Shown here: one piece after another, positions 1 through 10,356 of the stretch | Numbering within the stretch: the first letter of the stretch is position 1 | How the letters are laid out: every line of letters begins with the position of its first letter | Assembly: GCA_964035545.1 (NCBI GenBank) | Contig: CAXIUT010000283.1 | Coordinates: forward strand, 1-14,108 | DNA: 14,108 nt | Source of the DNA: Bugula neritina | Lineage: Eukaryota > Animalia > Bryozoa | Direction of reading: 5' to 3' | Notes under the pieces: model-generated | Database searches by the model: none | The model's input: only the letters and a program-made list of their open reading frames with translations | What the model was told of the DNA's origin: nothing | Translations under genes and position numbers: made by a program

Positions 1-87
1 CCCAACCCCAACCCCAACCCCAACCCCAACCCCAACCCCAACCCCAACCCCAACCCCAACCCCAACCCCAACCCCAACCCCAACCCC
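1..87 (+). repeat. Left telomere, (CCCCAA)n, about 14 units (Tetrahymena-type C4A2)
   Basis: Perfect tandem CCCCAA from base 1, C-rich strand at the 5' end as expected for a left chromosome end. Confidence 0.97.
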
Positions 88-293
88 TAAATATTAACAT
101 CAAATATAGATTTCATATATTATATTATTATCGATCAGATCATATTCTTATTCTATCGTTTTTATCTATTGTAGTTCATTCATATCCTAATATTTCATTC
201 ATTTGTAGTCTTTCTAGACTATTAAACTTCCTTTAACATAAATCTAATTAATCTAGATACTTTTATTATTGATACTTATAAGTCCAGAATAGT

Positions 294-818
294 ATGGAGA
301 CATAGTCTATTAAAACTTCAATAAAATCATCAGCAAAACAATGGACTCCTCTATAAGAACGTAACTTCAACCTTTTTATCATCCTTAATCTCAAACGTTT
401 TGCTTCAAAGAAAAAGAGTTTCCATATTTTTAGATAAATGACTCTTTTTCTTCCCTAAAGAAATTAAAAACAATGCAGATCTCATTTTCAAAAAAAGATA
501 AAAAAATTATCTATATGGAAATTCCTGAAAATCTTTTTAGAAGAAGACTATCAAGTCAGATATCTTTCAGTTGATCATTCAATAACTGAGTTAGAAGCCC
601 ATCTAAAAAGTGAAGGTAGATATTATCTCAGAAATAAAACAGTAGATCAATTAGTCGACATATTTAGGTAAAATTTACGAAAAGTATGTAAATAATAATA
701 ATTTTTTTCTGATGAAGAATAAAATGAAAATAGTTCTGAAGAAAAAATGGAATAAAATTCAAGTCTATCTTCAGTTTATAGTCTTTTCGAAGAAAATTAG
801 AAACTAGAGCTAAGTTGA
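294..818 (+). CDS. Myb/SANT-like (SHAQKYF-class) DNA-binding protein, 174 aa (TAR=Glu)
   Basis: ATG 294 to TGA 816-818 with no internal TGA. Motifs QWTPL(E)ERNF...R N(E)KQCRSHFQK match the Myb-like WTxEE...RxxxQxRSHxQK pattern. Acidic C-terminal tract (EEE)FFSDEE(E)NENSSEEK. (E) marks TAA/TAG. Confidence 0.8.
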
Positions 819-1066
819 ATGGAAATATGATGATCAGTTAGTCAATATTTTTACTTTTTTTATAATATATTAAGCTCTGTTCAAATGAAATGTTTCTTTA
901 TTTAGAATAGTTATATAATATTAAAATTAAATTCAAAACAGTATATTTAATACATCTAAAAGTAAACAGGATAGTATTAATATCACATTAAGATTCAACA
1001 ATATTCTACAATTTTAATAATTAAAAGGTTATGAATTTTTTTATAAAACTAAAGATGATAAATCAA

Positions 1067-3110
1067 TCAAAAGTCTTGAGCAGCTTAAAGTCTATCTCCT
1101 CTACAAACACCACATCCTAAACAATACTAAGCCCCATTCCCTCCATGTTCGCCTCCTACAGGACACTTCTCTTTACCTTCACATCTGGGCAATTTCTATT
1201 TAGGAAGTCTAGAAATATATTATCCTGAAACCTGTTTTTTATGGCATGAATCACAAAAATGAGTATTGCCCCAACAAAACCATTGAGCCACTGAACAACA
1301 AAAACGACATTTGAATGAAATATACTCCTTCCCGTGCTTTTTACAATCAGTCATCTGAACAGGACAACATGAAGGACATATCAACTCTTTTGGGTTGTAT
1401 TTTTCACCATCGCGGGCCTAGTTCATTGCCTATGCACAGTTTTTGCGACCTCCAAAGTAAGGATCTCCACACTCAAAACATTGAAAATAGGCATAAATAG
1501 CCATAGCAAATTTAGTCTAATTTTTATAAAAAGGAGATTTGGGATCAGCTAATTTTTAGTTTTTTTATTCATGTTAATGTTTCAACCTCTTCAAAGCTTT
1601 ATCTTCAATCTTTTTAAGCATAGCTTTAAAAGTATTCAATTCTTTAAATATCGAGCAATCTTAAGGTATATCCATCCACTGATTGCAAAGAGGACACTCA
1701 CAAAAGCGAAAAGTTATCCTTGGACTTCCCCACTTGAGTTCTATTCTCTTCTTGAGACATTTCAAATGGAATATATGTCCACATTTAGATTGAACTGCTG
1801 GTGCCTAACCCAATGCTTCTACATAGCACAGACTGCAATAGCTGCTTTAATTTTAATTATGAAGTTTATCTGCTATTTTCAAGGCACATTCTTCTTTCAA
1901 GCAAGGTAGACAAGATCTTTCCTTGATAATTCCTCCACAACTATGACCACAAGGCAACTTCTTGCTACAGGCTTCTTTCATCTGCTGATAGCACTCCTTT
2001 GAGTCACAAATATCATCAAAAGTATGGATCCCTGAGTCGCTCATATATCCCTTTGGTAATGGTTTTCTGCAATATCTACATTTCCTGTATAATAAAATAG
2101 ATACTTTTTAGCCTTATGTTCTAGGAAGTCTTAACAATTGAATCCTAAATGATAAGGAGTTTCTCTACAATTTTTACACTGCTCTTGTTTACATTTAGGA
2201 CACTGAAATCTGTTTTATGCATAGTGTTTGGCCATTGATGGAACTATTGCCATTCCTTCTTCATTTTTCTTAGGAGCATCTGAAGCCTTTCCTTTTTCAA
2301 ACTGATATTGTTCTTTACATTTCTAGCATTGAATCAGAGTGAGTGCTTTTGAATTGAGTTAATTTTAAAGTTTAGCAAAGACAATTGGATCAGTTATGAG
2401 TTGAATTTGCAAATAAGGTATCTTAGCTTTGCATTTTTTACTGGGACAATGAAGTTCTCCTTTACTTTTAACATAGTTATTTCGAATATAATTTCTCAAA
2501 CAAAATAAACATATTGTGTGCAAACATTCATCCAGATATGTAAACTTCTCTATATCATTTAATTTGGCAGGATTTGTACAAAGAGAATCAACACATTATA
2601 TTTTTTATTAACTTTCTTAAAGAATATTGAAAGGGTCGTTAGGACCATAAAGATCTTCAATAACAAAAGTTGGATCTACTTTTGATGCCTTTAGAAGGTC
2701 CTTTATATCAACTTTATCTTCCACTATTGGTTTTAATTCCTATCTCTTTTCTTGTCTAGGTTTATTTTATTTTCTATTACCATTTTTATGTTGTTACTTC
2801 TCTTTACTTAACTATTTTTTTTATACTTTATCCATTATAAAAGGTTCTCCTTTATTTTATTGAATTTTCCTGGCAAGTTCCTATTTAACTAGATCCATTT
2901 ATTAGATTAAAAACTACATTTTATGACAATTACTTCCATATAATTAGGTGACATATGATCGATAAATCTTCGAATATTATGTACATAAGTTGGCACATAT
3001 TTTTTACATTTAAGGATATGTTCTTTAATATCCCAACTAGCAATAGACTAGTTACACTCAGGACAATTTACAACCTCACTTCTATGATCTCTTTTTGGCT
3101 ATTACTTCAT
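1067..3110 (-). CDS. E3 ubiquitin ligase, ~667 aa: C2HC zinc finger + RING1-like + IBR-like + MYCBP2/Highwire-type RING-H2 and tandem-cysteine (RING-Cys-relay) module
   Basis: Exons 3110-2934, 2913-2105 and 2084-1067; TGA at 1067-1069. C-terminal motifs KLPCGHSCGG..CLPCL, CSLCYVEAL, CGHIFHLKC, WGSPRITF..CPLC, YAYFQCFEC..PYFGGRKNC, ELICPSC, CKKHG..FKCRFCCSVAQWFCWGNTHFCDSCH and LGCGVCR follow the MYCBP2 C-terminus in order. The start may extend to ATG 3187, 3196 or 3208 through a further 20-nt intron at 3136-3155. Confidence 0.88.
2085..2104 (-). other. 20-nt spliceosomal intron GTATCTATTTTATTATACAG
   Basis: GT-AG. Removal joins IBR ...PYHLGFNC(E)DFLEHKAKK in frame to KCRYC. Confidence 0.88.
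2914..2933 (-). other. 20-nt spliceosomal intron GTAATTGTCATAAAATGTAG
   Basis: GT-AG. Supplies the frame change needed to join the N-terminal CPEC..EHILKC finger to the RING frame. Confidence 0.75.
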
Positions 3111-3258
3111 CTCGGAGCTAATCTGATCAATACCTCTATTTTATTATAAAAAAACTCTCTATCATCATTTAAATCAAATAGAGTCATTCTTATCATTACT
3201 TATATCATATAAATCAATATATTTTAGTTTAATTATTTAAGGGTAATTGACGATGTAA

Positions 3259-6200
3259 TCATGGCAACTTATTGCACCAAGGACAGTTAGCAAAGCAGTT
3301 CAAATAAGTGTTCCAGAACTCCTTTAGACCCCACTTTCCACAAGATCGACATTGCTTGCCATTCGAGCCGTTCACTGGATATCCAGTAAGCACACAAACC
3401 TCACTTCTGTTCTTACACTTGAAACAACTAACAGAAGCCTCATAGATCTTAGTGTTGCACTTCTCGCATGATCTTAAAGGTAAAGAACTATCGAATTTGT
3501 TGTTCATGCTCACCTCAAGAAGCCAATCCTTGATTTTTTCTTTTTCTCCTTCAGATACCATGTTTTTCATGGGCATATTGACATTGTAAGGAGAAGGAAT
3601 GTCAGTAATAGAAAATTAGTCATCTTCTGGTAAATTATTGTTGTCAGGATCATCAATGATTTAGTTGATATCGAGATATCTGTTGAGTAAAACTGATGCT
3701 AGTCCATAGATATTCTAAATAAATAAAAAAATACATTTTTTTGGCAGCTAAGACCTGCTTCATAGAATAGTTTATCCAATCGGATGAATTAACAATATCT
3801 TAGCAAAGAAACAGATATTTTCTGATGCAATTGCTGAGCTGCTGGCTTACGTTCATAAATGAATTTGAGGTTAGCCAAATGAGCAATTGTCAAGTAATTG
3901 TTGTATTCAATTAGAGTAGGAGAACCAGGTTAATTAGTACCTGATAGTAAGTTATAGAACTCAAAGAGAGCTTTTCTTAAAGGTTATATTTCTTTTTCTT
4001 CACACTCGACAAAAATTTATAAAGTCAACATTTTGTAAGTTGAATAATTTTTAGGAATAAGAGGCATTCCATAGGTTGCATAGGCCTGAGCAGCAGCTGC
4101 AAAGTTACCTCCCTCAACTGTAAATTTAATATATGAATTCAAATATTTATTTAGTAATTAAGGTCCTTTTTACTGTGCCTTATCCAGACAGTTATTCCAC
4201 TCTCCATTTTCTCTAAAGATGTCACAAGCAGTATCATAGTCTCCTATCTTAAGAGCTCCCCAAGGATCTCTTTAGTTTCTAACTTTTTTACCCTGCTTAG
4301 CATCAATCATATTGGTTAATTTCTCATTTAGTTCTGGATTTTTAATTAAATCAGTGCATTGCTTTGCAGCTTCATAATTTCCTCCTTAGCAATAAGTATA
4401 AACAGCTTATTCAAACAAATTCATTTGTTCAAGTAATTCACCAGCAGAATCGAAGGCTTAGATCTATCTCAACAACATACACACTTTTTTGACCACTCTC
4501 ATAGCTTTATCTTTCTCATAAGTTACAGCCAATTGAACAGCTCTTCTCCAAATCTGTTCTAACAACTGAGTATCCTTGAAATCATCAGGAGTGATATCTA
4601 GATATCCCTCAATAGCCTGAGAATAGTTTCGAGAATCATCCCATGTTTTAGCTTTTTGCAACTTCTGCTCAGGTGATTGATTACTCTGTGCTGGTTCCAT
4701 CCTCATCAGCCTCTCCACTTCATGGGGCATATGCTTTCTTGCTACTCTCAAAGCTTCTTGTAAGTTGTTCACCTCTACATACATCTTTATAGCTAGTTGA
4801 GGTTTGCGAGCGTTAATGTAAATAGCTTCAGCCTTAGGATATTCTCTTCTGTTGCCTTCAATATAACTTTTAGCTTGGTTAATTAAAATAGCATCACGGG
4901 CCTGTGGTTCATATTGACTAGCAACTGCCAAAGCTGAGTGGAAATCTCCAATATTTTCATACATACTGATAGCTTCCTGAGCCTTACCTGCCTTTACGAA
5001 CTCAACCTCTGCTTCTTTATATCTTTTTTAGTCTTCTAATTTCCAAGCAAATTTCAAATGAACATCTCTAATTTTATGTTTAGCATGTAGTCCAGCGATT
5101 TTAAAAGCTTCATCGAATTCTCCTTTATCAGATTGATATTAAACCACTGCATCAACCAAGTTCATTTTCAGCAACATTTTCATTCCTTGTTCTGGACCTA
5201 ATGACTCAGCCCATCTCTTAGCCAATTCACAGGTAAATTAATCTTTTCCATAGAGTTTAGAGCAACGAACAGCTTCTTCCCAAAGATTTTGAGTCTTATA
5301 CATTTCAACTGCAGCCCTCCAAGCTCCAGCAGATATATAGTGTGATTCTGCACTCTTGAAGTTTCCATCTTTATGCAATTTCTGAGCAACAGCCAAATGA
5401 GTCTCTTTCAAAAGATTTGATCTGTACTTTGATACAAGTCGAATCATGTTATCATACTGTTGACATTTCTTATACATAGCAATTGATAAATCGTACTCTT
5501 CTACAATTAAATACATTTTCTCTGCTTATTTCCACTTCTCTTCCTCTTCAAACTTTTTAGCCTGCTTCACGTATAAGTTGTTTATTTCACTTTAAGGTAA
5601 GTTTTCCTTAGCCAATCTTAATGCTTGTTCCCACTTGCCTGCTTGAGCGTACATCTAAAATGCATCTACTGGAAGAGCTGCCTTCAGATAATACTTTTCA
5701 GCGAAGTCATATTGACGAATTGAAGCAAAATGTTTAGCTATTTGACGATAGTAAGGACGAGCAACTTCTGGAGTTTGGTGAGTTAATAACTGAATAGCTT
5801 TGTTCCATTCACGAGCCAAAATAGCTGCCTCAATGGCTTTTTGAATCTTCTAAGCCTCGATGAAATGATTGATAGCAGCTTGATATTGTTTAATTGACAT
5901 CAAATAATTTCCCCATCTTTCTTACAAACTTGTGACCAATCTAGGTTCAGCGTTTTTAGCTAAATCTACAGCCTTTTTGTATGCATTTCCCTTAACATAG
6001 CAATCAAGAGCTTTTTGGAGCATATCCATTTCTTCATATAGTTCTCCTGCTTTTTAATGCATACTTCCTGAAGCAAGACTAGATGCAATTTTCTAGAGAA
6101 GCTATTGAGGGAAGCTAACATTAGAATTATAGACCACATTTGCAGCTCTAGCTGGAATACCACCTTTAAGATATAAATTAATAGCCATATTATGATCTCC

Positions 6201-8476
6201 TTATTCTTACTTGATTTCAGCAGCTTTTTCTTCTTGTCCAGTTTCCAACAACCAGTTATAATAATTTTTTTTCAATTCCTCAACATCAGGGTGTTTATAT
6301 TTTTCAGCGCATTTAATAGTTTAATCCCATTTATGCAATTCTTGATACATCTACATAGCTTCTTCAATTTAGTTATTTTCAAGTAGAAGTGATTCTGCTC
6401 TATGGAACTGTTTCTCCAAGACAGCCAACTTTGATTGCACTTTATAGTAGTTTATTCCATCTTTTCGACCGGTTTCTTTCTCATATGCCTCTAAAACTGA
6501 AATAATCTTTTGTAAATAAGTTGCCTTAGCGATATCTCCAATTGCAGAGTAACAGTGCTCAGCCACGTATATGTTCTGATTCTCAAGAGACATTTTAGCA
6601 AGAGCATTCCAGTTGGCTTCTGTCTAGTTGGTTAATTATGAGCTATCTAGGATTAAGGCAGCTTTTTCAAGATCTTTAGCCTACAAAGCAAATCCAAATT
6701 CAATCAAAGCTTCATTTAAAGTATAGGAAGAGGTTGAATTGCCACTACTATCTGAAACATTGACCTCAGTTTTTCCATTTTTCCTTTCAATCGACTCAAC
6801 ATCTCCTTTAATGTTATAGATAGTAACTTTTTCAGGATGATCAATGGAATACCAGACATTCAAATTTTGTCTATTTTGAGCTACAACAACCTAACTTGAA
6901 GGAACCCATTTAGCAAAAGTACAATAAGGCAGAAGGGTGCTCTTGGATAGAGAATTCAAATCATAAAGGTAGAGTTGTTTGCGTTTATCTTTAAAGAGGA
7001 GTTTGTTAGAATTAGCATTTAACTCCAAGTAATCAATTTTTGAGTCATGACTGATTTGACTAACAATACTGGAAGTTTGCAAATCGAAAAGAGAAATAGT
7101 TTGTAAATCCAATAGGTAAGCAATCATTTTAACTCCTTTTTCATTAATTCTGGCAGATATTAAGTTAGGTTTCATGTATTCTGTCCTGCAAGTACCTAAA
7201 GGTTCATTTCGACCGTATTCAACAAGAGTTAATTCACCAGCATTGGATATCATGCATAAATTCGGACTGCTAAAGTCAAATTTTTAATTTCCAGCACCTT
7301 TCCAGTAAATCTAACTACTTCTGTTGTTATCAATATCTGCAATAATAAGTGTCTCATAAGTGTTTCCAACTGCATATCGGTCATTATGGAAGTTTATCTT
7401 TGTAATTTCAAGACCGTTATGACTCTTAAGTACTGTTTCTTTTGTTGATCCCTCTACTTGTACTAGTACCTGACTTGGAGATACATAGTTTAATAAATAT
7501 TTTCCTTTTTTGAATTTCTTCACACTAGCATCATAGACATCGACTGATCCACACAAATTACCAATTACTAACTTGCTACCATCATTTTTCCAGCTAATAG
7601 ATGTCACAGTATAATAATTTTCAATAGTTTTGCATGTGTTTTCCTCCCACTGTCCTCTCTTGGCATTCAAGTTGTACACATAGTATCTATTGAAGTTTCC
7701 CATAGCTACTGTATCTCCTGAAGGATTAAATGAACAGACTGAAAAATCTTTAACTTTGTCTTCATGAGTATAATCAAATCTTTGAAGAATATTTCCATAA
7801 GTATCATAGAATGTCACTTTTTTATCATTTCCAGCAGCAACAATATTTTATCCGAAACCAAGAGCATAAGGTACTGAATGATGAGTAAAGATCTTTTTGT
7901 ATGATTGGTTTTCCATAGAATAAGCAAACACATTGCCATCAAGATGTCCAGATATAATAGTGCGGCCATCTCTAGCACTAGCCAATGACATACAGTATGT
8001 CTCCCCAGAATATAAAACACTTGATTTGTTTGATTTCAAAATACCCATTCTAACTTTTCCATCAGCCAGTCCAAATATCAATTCATTAGGATGATCTTTA
8101 GGCCATGTCATGCTCGTTACAGACGCACTGACAGGAAATTTGTTGCAAATTGCTTTCTTTTCACCCCATTCTAGTCCAACTTTGTATATGAACACGATGT
8201 TGTCACTTTGAGCCACAGCTATTTTTTGAGAATCAGGTGAGAATTCAAGTCCTCTAATAAGATAGCTTTTTTGACCTTTGTCTGAAGGTTTGGTTGGGAA
8301 CTTATCTTTTTTTTGTCCATTATCGTCAAAGAGATAGACGGTCTGAATAAAGGTTAAATTACTCTATCAGCAGCACCAACAGCAAACTTTCTGCCTGATG
8401 GAGCCCAAGTAATAGCAGCCACTTTTTTCATGCTGTCCTAAAAGGGCATCACGTTACCTGCGTATCTCAGCTTCAT
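3259..8476 (-). CDS. IFT172: Intraflagellar transport protein 172 (WD40 + TPR/solenoid), ~1725 aa
   Basis: Exons 8476-8363, 8342-3735 and 3714-3259; TGA at 3259-3261. The IFT172-like ORF fragments in the track between 4464 and 8216 all share one frame. Diagnostic motifs: KDKFPTKP, FSPDSQKIAVAQSDNIV, WGEKKAICNKF, NAGELTLVEYG, LIEFG, MYQELHKWD, AAINHFIEA, FYEAG, TDIP, IYEAS, CVLTGYP. Confidence 0.97.
3715..3734 (-). other. 20-nt spliceosomal intron GTATTTTTTTATTTATTTAG (IFT172 intron 2)
   Basis: GT-AG. Removal restores LDKLFYEAGLSCQKN|NIYGLASVLLNRYLD. Confidence 0.9.
8343..8362 (-). other. 20-nt spliceosomal intron GTAATTTAACCTTTATTCAG (IFT172 intron 1)
   Basis: GT-AG. Removal restores KFAVGAADR|TVYLFDDNG (human KFAVCTVDRVVLLYDEHG). 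Confidence 0.92.
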
Positions 8477-8640
8477 TCAAAATTTAAATAATCAATCGAG
8501 TTGAATTTTTCCATATATATTCAAATTATGTAACTTCAATAAAAAATATGTTAAATGTTAGTTTTAATTCTCTATTTATATTATTATCTATCAGCTAAAT
8601 AGATTAATGTTAGAAAGTCATTTTATTTATTATCACTTTT

Positions 8641-8712
8641 TTGGGGTTGGGGTTGGGGTTGGGGTTGGGGTTGGGGTTGGGGGTTGGGGTTGGGGTTGGG
8701 GTTGGGGTTGGG
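8641..8712 (+). repeat. Right telomere, (TTGGGG)n, 12 units (one G5 unit, last unit G3), internal to the window
   Basis: Reverse complement of the repeat at 1-87, in the correct orientation to cap the right end of segment 1-8640. Confidence 0.95.
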
Positions 8713-10198
8713 TATAGTCTTCTTCTCTTTCTTTTATCTATTTTTAAGTAGAATTAATCACAGCTTTTAGATGTTCGAACAAAGATGCCTTCTTAGATAC
8801 TGATATTTCCAACCTTTCCTCTTGTTTGATTACCCATCCCTTCAATTTAATCATTAAACTCTTGCATCGTTGTATTTCCTACTATCTACGATAGCAATCA
8901 TGGTTAAACTGATATTCTTCTTATCTTTTTGCATCTTATATCTTTTTCTTACCTGTTTTGAATTACATCTTCATCTCAGATAACTTTTTTTATATTTATT
9001 CGATCTCATTGAAGTTGTTAAGGGCACACTTTTCTTTTAATGCTTGATTTCTCTCTTATACTTTTTTCAAAATTTATTATTTATCAGCTATTTTTCTATC
9101 AAGTTCCTGTCTAGCTTAAAAACATATTTTAAAACCTTCCTGAACAGGACTATTTCTATGCATCGAATGCATTTTAATCAACTGTTAAGCTTTCTAATAA
9201 GCCTAGTAATATGAACTATATTTAGTCCACACAGAATCAAGCATCTTAGCACAACAATGCTGCAACAACATTTCTTTAGTATATCTGATATGTCCATTTT
9301 AGACCATTTCATTAGAATAGTCATCACGTTCCATAATAGTAATTGAATCTTGATGTTGTTTTAAAAAGTGTACAGACATGCTTTAACTTTTATTTCTCAC
9401 TGCTTTGTCTGATACATAGTAGAGATCTTCAGATTTAGCTGCCTAAAATTGACCATAATGTTTAAGAAGATATTCCTTATTATCTAATTCAGCTTGTTTG
9501 ATGCTCTAGATATCATTTAAAGTTTTAGCCTCATTCTATGAAGTCTTAACTTGATATTGGGCATCTTTAACTCGTTTTTTCATATTGATATTGATCTCTC
9601 TTAAGCGTTCCTGCATGTATCTTAGTTGATTTTCCTAGAAATGAATATAAACTATATTTTTTTATCTTTCCTTCAGCAATTCTTATTGTTTAATTGATGA
9701 TCTACTTAACAATTGTTTAAAGAATACAATCTTTTCTTTAACTTGATTGGTCAAAGCGACACTATTTTTAATATTTTTTTCCATTAATCTATTTTTTTAG
9801 CAATAAAAATTCAACTAGCTTTTTATTTTATTGAGGTAGCTGATTTGTTGATCAATGGTTGTTTTGGTTGGTTTCATAGCTTCTAGAGATATTTTGGTTA
9901 GAGAGCGTAGATTGTTGGTTTCATTTTTGCTGTGATCGAGGATACCCATTTTTCTGCTATCACAGAGATAGGTATCAACTTTGCTTTTTATTGTTGATTT
10001 TCTATCGATATAATCAAGATTTTTGCTATGAGTTTTTGTATGGGTTTTGTAGTTTAGTTCGGATTATGGATTTCCTGTTTATTCTTGTTATTAATCTAGA
10101 GCTATTTATCTTTCTGGTGATTTTTTGGTGAAGAAGTTATCGTATTTATTGAGGTTTACTTTTAGTTGGGGAAGAGATGATGATTTGGACAGAAGCAT
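8713..10198 (-). CDS. Hypothetical coiled-coil protein, 3'-truncated at the telomere junction (~495 codons, no stop)
   Basis: From ATG 10198 (MLLSKSSSLPQLKVNLNKYD) the frame is free of TGA down to ...KEREEDYT, then runs into the CCCCAA repeat. K/E/Q-rich helical composition, no recognised domain. Confidence 0.75.
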
Positions 10199-10356
10199 AT
10201 TTTATTATGTTAATTTTATTAGTAATGAACCACTATTAACTTTATTAATCTAATATTAAACCTCATAAAATTCTATACTATAAATAAATAAAACAAATCA
10301 TTTATTTCCAAAAAAATAATCAATAATTTAAATTGATCTATCTCTATAATAATAAA
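10199..10356. promoter_or_regulatory. Putative bidirectional promoter region (158 nt, very AT-rich)
   Basis: Positional only: lies between divergent ATGs at 10198 (-) and 10357 (+). Confidence 0.45.

Noticed and set aside
1315-1909. Plus-strand ORFs 1315-1500 and 1571-1909 (also 2955-3149)
   Set aside because: Antisense shadows of the minus-strand E3 ligase, with no motifs.
3259-8216. Many short minus-strand ORFs suggesting an operon or a pseudogenised IFT172
   Set aside because: The IFT172-like fragments are in frame and separated only by TAA/TAG at Glu positions or by a 20-nt intron, so this is one intact gene. ORFs 5198-5389, 5966-6163, 7814-8020 and 6192-6386 are off-frame or antisense shadows.
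8641-8712. CRISPR array, microsatellite or Pro-Gln coding repeat
   Set aside because: No spacers; it is the reverse complement of the terminal telomere repeat and correctly oriented for the left segment.
9635-9652. Possible 18-nt in-frame intron GTTTATATTCATTTCTAG in the coiled-coil gene
   Set aside because: Not required by frame, not 20 nt, lacks the GTA start and the -6 A; cannot be supported without RNA-seq.
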